Source: a bacterium
Lineage (GTDB): Bacteria > Sumerlaeota > Sumerlaeia > MVZB01
DNA length: 14,135 bases
Direction of reading: 5' to 3'
NCBI GenBank assembly: GCA_023480605.1
Contig: JAMCWS010000257.1
Coordinates: 1 to 14,135, forward strand
In this document: one piece after another, positions 7,062-14,135 of the stretch
How positions within the stretch are numbered: position 1 is the first letter of the stretch
Layout: each line of letters begins with the position of its first letter
The notes under the pieces: generated by a model
Database searches by the model: none
What the model was told of the DNA's origin: nothing
Seen by the model: the letters and a program-made list of their open reading frames with translations, nothing else
Made by a program: the position numbers and the translations under genes

Positions 7062-7669
7062 TTGGGTACCGGCGCCTCGTGAAGCATCCGGTTCATTTGA
7101 ACCAGTGTTTTGTTGAGCTCGAGCGCCGCTCTTTCCCAACCTTCGCCGGGGGTCGATTTGAACGCCGTCAGGCTGGTTTGCGCATCATTGGCCATCGGTT
7201 CAAGTTTTCGCAGCAGCGCTTCCAGACGTTCCTTGCGTGTCGGTGGCGAATTGCGCGCTTCTTCCGCGAGTTTGTCCATCTGAACGCGATAGAACTGTAG
7301 CAACTTGGTCTTTTGCTTTTCGAATTCCGCTTTACGCCGCAATGAATATTCGTAGCGAGTGGCGGCCGTCAACACCGGGGTCCGGCGCACGTGGGCAACC
7401 AGGGGCGACCCGGGCGTGGTTGGCCGAAGCATTTCGGGCAGCGGCTTGGCGCGTCCGGATTCGACTCGGCGCGTCGCGTTGTTATTGTCGCATCCAGTCA
7501 GAAGCCACAAGACCGCCAGGCATGCGATCAACGCGATCGTTCGCGCCCTTTGATCCGGTTCCGTCCACGATCGGTTGTGTCGTTGGGCAGTCTGTCGTGA
7601 CGTCAAGCTACAGGAAATTCTCGTGTACCGCCTATCCAATAACAAAACATTGTTTTTTTTCGTCACCAT
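7055..7669 (-). CDS. Putative lipoprotein with a coiled-coil C-terminal region. It has a lipobox (LLTGC) and an unusually long (~40 aa) basic N-region.
   Basis: Minus-strand ORF of 204 aa. The segment RARTIALIACLAVLWLLTGC-DNNN is a typical lipoprotein signal peptide with the lipobox cysteine. The C-terminal half is heptad-like (KAEFEKQKTKLLQFYRVQMDKLAEEARN...LEALLRKLEPMAN). Its 3' end overlaps rnd by 7 bp in convergent orientation. The competing + strand ORFs 6992-7300 and 7237-7773 are Arg-rich shadow ORFs. Confidence 0.6.
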   Translation of the reverse strand: MVTKKNNVLLLDRRYTRISCSLTSRQTAQRHNRSWTEPDQRARTIALIACLAVLWLLTGCDNNNATRRVESGRAKPLPEMLRPTTPGSPLVAHVRRTPVLTAATRYEYSLRRKAEFEKQKTKLLQFYRVQMDKLAEEARNSPPTRKERLEALLRKLEPMANDAQTSLTAFKSTPGEGWERAALELNKTLVQMNRMLHEAPVPNH

Positions 7670-7872
7670 TGGTTAACAACCGTTTTTGCCTTGGAATCCT
7701 GATCAACGATAGGTTACGCCATCGCATGGCACACGCCATTAAAAAATCGTATCAGCGTGGCGGTCGGCTGTGAATAGGATGCTCTGGCACGATCCTCGCC
7801 GCCCTCTCTCAATATAAGCTAACCTAAGCCAAATTAAGAATATCTATTTTATCCACAGGTTGCCCCTATCAT

Positions 7873-7884
7873 TGTGAATAACTC
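7873..7884 (+). repeat. Direct repeat copy A, TGTGAATAACTC (12 bp). Identical copy at 8006-8017. Shorter TGTGAATA/TGTGAATg copies at 7769-7776 and 8194-8201.
   Basis: Exact 12-mer identity read from the sequence. This gives four TGTGAAT occurrences within about 430 bp, with spacings of 104, 133 and 188 bp. Confidence 0.7.
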
Positions 7885-7925
7885 GGTGGAAGCAAATATT
7901 TTTCGGCCTTCCAATAGAGTGATTT

Positions 7926-7945
7926 ATATCATAGATATATGATAT
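7926..7945. promoter_or_regulatory. Perfect inverted repeat ATATCATA-gata-TATGATAT; candidate operator or regulator-binding site
   Basis: 8-bp arms are exact reverse complements with a 4-bp spacer. It sits in the centre of the AT-rich island, between TGTGAATAACTC copies A and B. Confidence 0.4.
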
Positions 7946-8005
7946 TATTACAGATACACAACTGGACGGTCAATCAAGTCTTTCGCGAGTCGGCCAAGCC
8001 CGGGA

Positions 8006-8017
8006 TGTGAATAACTC
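8006..8017 (+). repeat. Direct repeat copy B, TGTGAATAACTC
   Basis: Identical to 7873-7884. Confidence 0.7.
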
Positions 8018-8414
8018 TCATCCGATCATGCACTGCGTAATCGCATCGATACAAGGCTCATATCGCGACTTTGAGGAGACCACCGAATCGGGAAATCCCC
8101 GGTTCTCCCCTTTTTTTTATCCACATCTTATCCCCCCATCGCCGTCCATTCCCAGCACCATTTCCCCGACTTCCAATCGATCCATGCGGGACCTGTGAAT
8201 GGCGGAGCGATTTATTAAGCTTTTGTTAAGGCATACACATGGTTGCCACATATGAATTTAACAGGCTTTTCCACAGTATTCAGCTCCCTACGACGATGAC
8301 TTTATATCACAACTTCCCTACAAGTCATATCATTCGTCGCACGGCGATCTCATCCCTCGTCCGCCGGAGGCCGATACGACATCGAGAAACCTTCGACGCG
8401 ACAAGCGACCGAGA

Positions 8415-9467
8415 ATGGCAATGTATACAATATATCGGATGGTTTTGATTCTTTTTGTGTTGATGCTTACTTTGGCCGCGGCCGAGGGGGGGGCGCCAGT
8501 TGCTCCCCCAGCGGAAAGCGTTGTTGTACCACGATTTGCCGTAACGCTGACCCGTGAGAATAATATGCCTTCCTCGCTTCTTCTTCAAATACGGCAGAAT
8601 GGCGAGTTGGACTCGGTCGAATCGGTGGCCGACCTGCTGATTTGGTGGACGACTCCCTCGGGTTTGCGGAGGGCGATGATCATTAAACCGGTGGCGCGCG
8701 GGATCTGGGCCAACGGGATCGACCCAGGGCCGGAGACCGGATTGCATTCAGTGCGCATTTTCGCGATCATTGAGTCGCTCGACCGGCCGGTGAGTCGCGT
8801 GATTGACGAATCGTATACGGTCGAACTGCCGCAACTGTCCGTTCTCCATGGCGATGAGACCATTGTTTTTACGTCCAATACGTCGGGCGATCAATTGCGT
8901 CCGCCACGCGGAGCGAAAACCGAATCCGATAAAAAGATGGGGTATGGCGCCATTGTTGTTCAAATTGCGTTCGGCGCTCTTCTTATTATGCTGATTGGGT
9001 TGGGAGGATTCGTTTTCATCACTCGTCTGCCGCTGCGCCGACGCGTGGGAGGCGTTTTCGCCGCGATGGGCCCCCGGCCGGTAGAGTTGCCACGACTATC
9101 GGCGCAAAATTCTCTGGCTCAGGATGTTCCGGGCAGTGTTGGTGACTCGGCGGCCGAAATTGAGAATGCGGGTCCCGCTCCAGCGGAAAAAGCGAAGGAT
9201 TTCAACGAAGAGGCCGATTTATCGAATCAAGCCGACGTAACGGAAGCCGCTCATTCCCAAAACGAAACGGATTCCGAATCGTCCTCTGATTTAAACGTAT
9301 CGCAAAACCTTCCGGAATCCGGCGCGGATGGCGAAGTGCCAGGAGATGAGGAAGAGGATGCGCCGGCGGCGGCGGCGGCCGCGGAACCGGACGCCGCGCC
9401 TAAAGCCAGCATCGACGCGCGTGATAACGATGACCGCCGCTTCGATCCCAACGACTTGAGTTTCTGA
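8415..9467 (+). CDS. Hypothetical type I single-pass membrane protein: signal peptide, ~190-aa ectodomain, one transmembrane helix and an acidic disordered cytoplasmic tail. Compositionally atypical, so probably horizontally acquired.
   Basis: The N-terminus MAMYTIYRMVLILFVLMLTLAAAEG is a signal peptide. The transmembrane helix is YGAIVVQIAFGALLIMLIGLGGFVFI, followed by RLPLRRR (positive-inside). The C-terminal ~150 aa are rich in D/E/S/A (EEEDAPAAAAAAEPDAAP...). GC is about 55%, and codon choice (frequent A/T-ending codons such as att, gtt, ttg, aat) differs from the ~68% GC neighbours. Confidence 0.6.
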   Translation: MAMYTIYRMVLILFVLMLTLAAAEGGAPVAPPAESVVVPRFAVTLTRENNMPSSLLLQIRQNGELDSVESVADLLIWWTTPSGLRRAMIIKPVARGIWANGIDPGPETGLHSVRIFAIIESLDRPVSRVIDESYTVELPQLSVLHGDETIVFTSNTSGDQLRPPRGAKTESDKKMGYGAIVVQIAFGALLIMLIGLGGFVFITRLPLRRRVGGVFAAMGPRPVELPRLSAQNSLAQDVPGSVGDSAAEIENAGPAPAEKAKDFNEEADLSNQADVTEAAHSQNETDSESSSDLNVSQNLPESGADGEVPGDEEEDAPAAAAAAEPDAAPKASIDARDNDDRRFDPNDLSF

Positions 9468-9566
9468 CGTTCCCGCACCTCGGCGGCCTAACTACTTGAA
9501 AACCACCGACAGCCGGCCGTAAAATGATTGCCAACGGGATTGGATTTCCACCGGGTGTGAAAACGC

Positions 9567-10112
9567 ATGGATAAAGAACAGCTTCTTTCGATCGGCCGGC
9601 CGCAAAAGATCTGCATGAACTGCAACGCGCCGCTCAGCGTCCTCGAACGTCACCCGAGCATCCTCAAAACCGCACCCAGGAACAGCCTCGAACGTCTTGA
9701 CTACTGCCCCGACTGCTGGCAGCAGATGAAAGACGAAGCCTACGAATCGTTCTGGATCACGCACCGCGTCCCCAAGGAACGCAAGATCCGCCTGACGCGC
9801 AAGGAACGCAGCGCCGCCCTGCGCGTGCTGTTCGAGTCGCTCTGGGACCGGCGCGAAACCGAGGATGTCGGCCCGCACCTCTATTTTTTGGCTCACCTGC
9901 TTATGAAATGGGGCGGGCTTAAGTGGAAGGAAAACCTGAACGACGCACGGGGCGGCGAGGTCGTTGTTTTCGAGGACCCCGCCACGGGCGACCGTATCGA
10001 GCTTGCCGGCGTCGACATCGCCGATGAACGCATGACGGCCATCCAGGGCGAGATCGAGGAATTCCTCCACCAATATGCTCCCGAGGACGACGAGTCGACG
10101 CTCGGAGCCTGA
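9567..10112 (+). CDS. Hypothetical cytoplasmic zinc-ribbon protein (CMNC-x26-CPDC)
   Basis: 181-aa ORF with high third-codon GC. The antisense 237-aa ORF 9492-10205 is a shadow. It has an N-terminal C4 motif and no transmembrane segment. I do not recognise a known family. Confidence 0.6.
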   Translation: MDKEQLLSIGRPQKICMNCNAPLSVLERHPSILKTAPRNSLERLDYCPDCWQQMKDEAYESFWITHRVPKERKIRLTRKERSAALRVLFESLWDRRETEDVGPHLYFLAHLLMKWGGLKWKENLNDARGGEVVVFEDPATGDRIELAGVDIADERMTAIQGEIEEFLHQYAPEDDESTLGA

Positions 10113-10155
10113 CGCTTTTCCCATCGTAAAACACTTCCGGCACGCTGGCCCCGGC

Positions 10156-11481
10156 ATGACGAACTTCCGGCCCCGTATATTACAGGTCTGCGCGGTGGAT
10201 TTCACGGCGCGCCATTTCCTGCTGCCATTGATGCGTGCCCAGCGGGAGGCCGGATTCGACGTGCACCTGGCCTGCCATCCCGGTCCGGACGTGCCGGCGC
10301 TCGAAGCCGAAGGCTTTCCCGTTCATCCGGTCGCTTTCGAGCGTAGCATCGATCTTGGGGCGCACGCGCGCGCTTGGGTTCAGCTCGGGCGCCTCCTGCG
10401 CGGCGCCGGAAGGGTCAATCCCAAAGCCGGCTCCACCGCCGCGGGCCGGCGTTCGACGCCGGCCGGTCAAACGGAGCCGGTCTTCGCCGTCGTCCACGCT
10501 CACACGCCCGTTGCGGCGATGATCGCGCGTCCGGCCGCCCGCCGCGCCGGCGTGCCGGTGGTCATTTACACGGCGCACGGCTTTTATTTCCACGACCGAA
10601 TGGCCCCCTGGCTTCGCCGCCTGCATGTGGCGCTCGAGCGCTGGGCGCAACGCCGCGCCGATTACCTCTTCACTCAAAGTGCCGAAGACCTGGAGACAGC
10701 CGTGCGCGAGGGGATCGCGCCCGCCGCACGGGCCGAGGCGATCGGCAATGGGGTGGACCTGGCCCGGTTTGACCGCGGACGCATCTCGCCGGCGCGGCTT
10801 GAGCGGACCCGTCGCGAGTTGGGCCTCGAAGGGAACGGCGGCCCACTGGTCATTATGATCGGCCGCCTGGTGCGCGAGAAAGGGGTGATCGAATTCCTCC
10901 AGGCGCTGGCCGAAGTGCGTCGCGCCCACGCCGGCGCCCAGGCATTGATCATCGGCGAGGCGTTGCCCAGCGACCGCGCCGGCGCCGCGGAAGACATCCG
11001 CCGCCTGGCCGCCGCGCTGGGCCTGACCGAGGCGGGCCGACCGGCCGTTATTTTCACCGGCTTGCGCCGCGACGTTCCCGAGTTGCTGGCCCTGGGCGAC
11101 GTCTTCTGCCTGCCGTCGTGGCGCGAGGGGATGCCGCGGTCGATCATCGAGGCGATGGCGGCGGGGCTGCCGGTGGTGGCCAGCGCCATCCGCGGCTGCC
11201 GCGAGGAGGTGGCCGAGGGCGAGACGGGCCTGCTCGTGCCGCCGCGTGACGTCGGCGCGCTCGCCGGGGCGCTCGGGCGGCTGGCCGCCGACCCCGCCCT
11301 TCGCGCGCGACTGGGGGCCGCCGGCCGGCGCCGGGCCGAGGCTCTCTACGACGAGGAACGGGTGGTGGCCCGGCAGATGGCCCGGCTGCGCATCTTGTTT
11401 GCCGAGAAGAGCCTTGCCTGGCCCCCGGCCGGGCCGGGCGGCGCTTCGCCGCAGGGCGCCGTCGATTTACGAGGGGCTTGA
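10156..11481 (+). CDS. Glycosyltransferase family 4 (GT-B fold, retaining)
   Basis: N-terminal domain RILQVCAVDFTARHFLLPLMRA...VVHAHTPVAAMIAR. C-terminal domain LVIMIGRLVREKGV...DVFCLPSWREGMPRSIIEAMAAGLPVV (EX7E motif)...GETGLLVPPRD. The ORF track starts at 10075, but the ATG at 10156 begins the conserved GT4 N-terminus. A low-complexity insert (GRVNPKAGSTAAGRRSTPAGQTEP) lies in the N-terminal domain. Confidence 0.88.
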   Translation: MTNFRPRILQVCAVDFTARHFLLPLMRAQREAGFDVHLACHPGPDVPALEAEGFPVHPVAFERSIDLGAHARAWVQLGRLLRGAGRVNPKAGSTAAGRRSTPAGQTEPVFAVVHAHTPVAAMIARPAARRAGVPVVIYTAHGFYFHDRMAPWLRRLHVALERWAQRRADYLFTQSAEDLETAVREGIAPAARAEAIGNGVDLARFDRGRISPARLERTRRELGLEGNGGPLVIMIGRLVREKGVIEFLQALAEVRRAHAGAQALIIGEALPSDRAGAAEDIRRLAAALGLTEAGRPAVIFTGLRRDVPELLALGDVFCLPSWREGMPRSIIEAMAAGLPVVASAIRGCREEVAEGETGLLVPPRDVGALAGALGRLAADPALRARLGAAGRRRAEALYDEERVVARQMARLRILFAEKSLAWPPAGPGGASPQGAVDLRGA

Positions 11482-11868
11482 AATCGGCGCCGGAAAAGGC
11501 CATGATGGATGCGAATGCCAAACCGGCATGCTGTAAATAATGTCTGAATCGAGCGATCGGTCCGGCGGTGAGCGAAAAACCCCGGACTGCCCCGTCGTCG
11601 GTGTCGCCCTCGGCGAGGCTGCAACCACGATACGGCGGCAACCTGTGGATCAGCCCCCGATTTCCCCGGCGGCTGACGCCGCGGGGGCGAGCGCGGCCGC
11701 TTGTCAAGTAATCCGGCTTTTACTTGCATCGGTGAGTTCCGGCGAGTAAAACTATTAAGCTGCCGCGAAATTTGCGCGCGCGGCGACGCCGGTTTTGCGC
11801 GGTCGCTCGGTCTGGGGCCGCCCGGTTACGCACCGGCCGACGAATGGACACGACAGGCACGACATCCA

Positions 11869-13206
11869 GTGGCAGATAACAACGGAAAAAGCGCGTATGT
11901 GATTCTGGGATTGCACAAGGGGGCGACGGCGGACGAGATCAAAAAGGCCTACGTCGCCCTGGTCAAGAAATACGATCCGGAAAAACACACTGAACGCTTC
12001 ATGGTCATCCAAAAGGCCTTCGACCGGCTCAAAGAACCCGCGAGCCGCGCCCAGGAGGACGTGCGGACCTTCAACTATATCAAAGGCGAGTTTTTCTTTA
12101 ACAAAGAAGAGCGCATCGAGATCACCGACATTCAACTCACCCAGGGACTTGAACAACTTGAAAGCCGGAAAAAGAAGGGAGAGATCGCCCCCGAGGAGGC
12201 CGATAAGAAATTGATCCAGGCCTACATGGTTCGTTCCTGGAAAAATGTTCAGAAGAAGTTGTGGGCCGAGGCCATTCAGGATTGGAAGCGCGTCCTGACC
12301 CTCGACCCCACCCACCGCCGCGCCAAGAACAACCTGCTCTACAGCTACATCACCCTGGGCTATTCTTACGCCAGCCACGGCCTCTACGACGAAGCGCTGG
12401 AAGTCTGGACCAACGCCTCGCAGATGAATCCCGACGACGCGGCCATCATCCACAACCTCGCCTTGGCCTGCGAGCACGCCGGCCACATGCCCGAGGCGGG
12501 CAATTACTGGAAGGAAACCGTCAAGCGCTGGCGGGCGCAGCTCGAACGCGAGCCCGACAACGACTATCTCAAGAACTGCATCATCGAGGTGTTGCGCGAG
12601 CACACCGGCAGCGAGGAAATCCCGACCAGCGACGGCCAGCAGAAGGCGGCGCCGGCGGGCGCCGCGCCGCGCGCCAAGGCGGCCAAGAGCATCGACGATT
12701 ATCGCGAGATCCTAAAACTCAATCCCGAGGATTTCGAGGCCCACTTCAAGATCGCCAGCATCCTGATGAACGAGCACAAATGGGCCGAGGCCACGCGGGA
12801 ACTCCAGGTCCTGCAACGCAAGCACCCGCGCAACATCGAGGTCATGAACCTGCTGGGGTGGGGCCTGCTCAACGACGGCAAGGTCGACGACGCCTTCATG
12901 ATCTGGCGCAAGGCCCGCGTCATCGATCCCAAGAGCCACCTGATCAACACCTCACTCATCCAGGCCCACATGACGATGGGGCGGATGCTGCGCCAGAAGG
13001 GCCACTACACACCCAGCCTGGTGCATTTCAAGGCCCTGCAGCGCTACCAGCCCAACAGCGCCGAGGTGCGTTACGAGATCGGCAAGACCTACCAGATGCA
13101 GGGCAACGAGCGTTCGGCCTTCCTGGAATACACGGAGGTGTTGCGCCTGGATCCCAAGCACAGGGAAGCGCGCAACGGCCTTTCCAGCCTGAAACTGCGC
13201 CGGTGA
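11869..13206 (+). CDS. TPR-repeat protein with an N-terminal J-like domain that lacks the HPD motif (DPE in its place)
   Basis: SAYVILGLHKGATADEIKKAYVALVKKYDPEKH...IQKAFDRL matches J-domain helices II and III, but the invariant His-Pro-Asp is replaced by Asp-Pro-Glu. There are at least 6 TPR-like repeats downstream (for example AEAIQDWKRVLTLDP, ALEVWTNASQMNP, AHFKIASILMNEHKWAEA, AFLEYTEVLRLDP). The ORF track starts at TTG 11701, but the low-GC stretch 11701-11868 looks non-coding. GTG 11869 gives MADNNGKSAYVILG, with the J-like domain at the extreme N-terminus as is usual. Confidence 0.75.
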   Translation: MADNNGKSAYVILGLHKGATADEIKKAYVALVKKYDPEKHTERFMVIQKAFDRLKEPASRAQEDVRTFNYIKGEFFFNKEERIEITDIQLTQGLEQLESRKKKGEIAPEEADKKLIQAYMVRSWKNVQKKLWAEAIQDWKRVLTLDPTHRRAKNNLLYSYITLGYSYASHGLYDEALEVWTNASQMNPDDAAIIHNLALACEHAGHMPEAGNYWKETVKRWRAQLEREPDNDYLKNCIIEVLREHTGSEEIPTSDGQQKAAPAGAAPRAKAAKSIDDYREILKLNPEDFEAHFKIASILMNEHKWAEATRELQVLQRKHPRNIEVMNLLGWGLLNDGKVDDAFMIWRKARVIDPKSHLINTSLIQAHMTMGRMLRQKGHYTPSLVHFKALQRYQPNSAEVRYEIGKTYQMQGNERSAFLEYTEVLRLDPKHREARNGLSSLKLRR

Positions 13207-13207
13207 T

Positions 13208-13227
13208 TCGCGCGCCCCGGCGCGCGG
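13208..13227. terminator. GC-rich hairpin between convergent stop codons; candidate bidirectional terminator
   Basis: CGCGCGC-cccg-GCGCGCG is a 7-bp all-GC stem. It fills the 22-bp gap between the TGA at 13204-13206 (+ gene) and the stop at 13229-13231 (- gene). Confidence 0.35.
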
Positions 13228-13228
13228 T

Positions 13229-14135
13229 TCACGGTTTGGCCTTGGGCCGCGTCGGGTCGGCAAAACCATCGGTCCGGAACGGCGAGGCCGGCAGCCCGGC
13301 TCCGTCATGCAGGTTCGCCCCCTCGGGCCAGCCTTTCCAGGCGTAGCGGATCGCGACGGGATCGGGCACGGCGTCGCTGCCGACGACGATCGTGTCGCCG
13401 TCGATCACGGCCTGGGCCGGCACGAAGCGCTCGTCGGCGCCGGCGATGGTGAAACCCTCGAGGCCGTCCCCGCGCGCCGCGAGTCCTTCCCGGCCGCGCT
13501 TGAACGTCAAGCCGATCCTGCCGTCGCGTCGTGTCATGGACGTGTAACCCGGACCCGTATAGTCGAGTTTTTCGCCGTAAGCCAGGGCGCGGGCCGCCAG
13601 CGCCAGGCGCCGGCCGACGGTCTGTTTGTCGCCGGGGTGGATTTCGTTTCGTTCGCCGACGTCGATCGTGACGACCATTCCCGTGCCGGGCACCGATTGG
13701 GCCGTCCGGCGCTGGGCCTCGCGCACCCACGCCCAGGAGTTGTCGAGCAGGCCGGGTGGCGTGCCGGGGAACGCCTCGTAGGCGGTGATCTGGACAATGA
13801 GGAATATGAAATCACAGCGAAAGTCGCGGCGCCAGCTCTTGATGAGCGCCGTCAACAGATCTTGATACTCGAAGGCGCGCGAGGTGTTGCTCTCGCCCTG
13901 ATACCACGCGACCCCCTTGAGCGCGAACGGCCGCAGCGGGGCGATCATCGCGTTGTAAAGCACCGCCGGCCGTTGCGGGTCGGCCTCCGGCTTGCCGGGT
14001 TGAAAGGGCGGGTAGGGGATTTTCGCCGCCGCCGCGGGATCGGTCTTGAGAAGCTCGTTCCGTCGGTTGCCGTATTGGCGCCGGTAGGCGGCCCATTGGC
14101 GTTCCCACGCCTTAAGGCGTTCGCCGTAGGTTCGC
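13229..14135 (-). CDS. Sialate O-acetylesterase (SASA) / SGNH-hydrolase family carbohydrate esterase, C-terminal part (5' end beyond the window)
   Basis: GVAWYQGESN is the hallmark SASA motif. My own translation of the minus strand from 14134 downward stays open to the window edge (RTYGERLKAWERQWAAYRRQYGNRRNELLKTDPAAAKIPYPPFQPGKPEADPQRPAVLYNAMIAPLRP...). The N-terminal GDSN/GQSNM catalytic-Ser block therefore lies outside the window. The ORF track's GTG start at 13963 is internal. Confidence 0.78.
   Translation of the reverse strand, partial: RTYGERLKAWERQWAAYRRQYGNRRNELLKTDPAAAAKIPYPPFQPGKPEADPQRPAVLYNAMIAPLRPFALKGVAWYQGESNTSRAFEYQDLLTALIKSWRRDFRCDFIFLIVQITAYEAFPGTPPGLLDNSWAWVREAQRRTAQSVPGTGMVVTIDVGERNEIHPGDKQTVGRRLALAARALAYGEKLDYTGPGYTSMTRRDGRIGLTFKRGREGLAARGDGLEGFTIAGADERFVPAQAVIDGDTIVVGSDAVPDPVAIRYAWKGWPEGANLHDGAGLPASPFRTDGFADPTRPKAKP

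Larger units (their letters stand above)
7775..8414. other. AT-rich non-coding island (markedly lower GC than the flanks) lying between the divergent lipoprotein gene and the atypical membrane-protein gene
   Basis: Many A/T runs and no convincing ORF; the 63- and 69-aa ORFs here are low-complexity. It contains repeated TGTGAATA motifs, an 8-bp-arm palindrome and a ~90-nt polypyrimidine tract (8100-8190). Confidence 0.7.

Noticed and set aside
7769-8201. TGTGA motifs read as CRP/FNR-family sites
   Set aside because: None has the TCACA half-site 6 bp downstream. They are direct repeats with a shared extended ATAACTC flank, not CRP-type palindromes.
7775-8414. Small ORFs 8007-8198 and 8239-8448 inside the AT-rich island
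   Set aside because: The low-complexity Pro/Ser/Ile-rich translations are composition-driven and have no ribosome-binding sites. The second overlaps the start of the 8415 gene.
9492-10205. 237-aa minus-strand ORF overlapping the zinc-ribbon gene
   Set aside because: The + strand ORF has a C4 motif and high third-codon GC. The minus ORF has no features and would overlap the GT4 start.
10180-10929. 249-aa minus ORF, 171-aa ORF 10674-11189 and 187-aa ORF 11144-11707 antisense to the GT4 gene
   Set aside because: GC-shadow ORFs inside the clearly identified GT4 glycosyltransferase.
11701-11868. TTG-initiated N-terminal extension of the J-like/TPR protein
   Set aside because: The low-GC, non-coding-like sequence contains promoter-like and inverted-repeat elements. 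J domains normally sit at the extreme N-terminus, which GTG 11869 gives.
11755-12603. 282-aa minus ORF and 361-aa + ORF 12261-13346 overlapping the TPR gene
   Set aside because: These are alternative frames of the TPR gene with Arg/Gly/Pro-rich translations. The TPR frame has domain structure.
1-14135. Searched for CRISPR arrays, tRNA/rRNA, IS elements, integrase genes and att-like long repeats flanking the island
   Set aside because: I saw no regularly spaced 25-40 bp repeats, no cloverleaf-compatible GC-rich approximately 75-nt segments, and no transposase- or integrase-like ORFs. The only repeats are the short motifs reported in the findings.

Overview
This is a high-GC (roughly 65%) bacterial chromosomal segment. 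Thirteen protein-coding genes are supportable, most of them on the + strand. I see no rRNA, tRNA, CRISPR array, transposase or integrase. Gene order is as follows. The 3' end of an MFS-type transporter comes first. Next are a uroporphyrinogen-decarboxylase (URO-D) family protein and a small zinc-ribbon membrane protein. Then comes a three-gene operon: an NfeD-type membrane protease, an unrecognised His-rich protein, and an SPFH/stomatin-like protein. RNase D follows, with a lipoprotein gene convergent on it whose 3' end overlaps by 7 bp. After that lies a ~650 bp AT-rich non-coding island carrying repeated motifs. Downstream are a compositionally atypical single-pass membrane protein, a second zinc-ribbon protein, a GT4 glycosyltransferase, a J-like/TPR protein, and a convergent, truncated sialate-O-acetylesterase (SASA) family gene. 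The most unusual content is (i) the NfeD/stomatin pair split by an extra gene whose N-terminus cannot be resolved with a canonical start codon, and (ii) the AT-rich island with four TGTGAATA copies and a perfect palindrome next to a low-GC, apparently foreign gene. The many long antisense ORFs in the track are GC-shadow artefacts.
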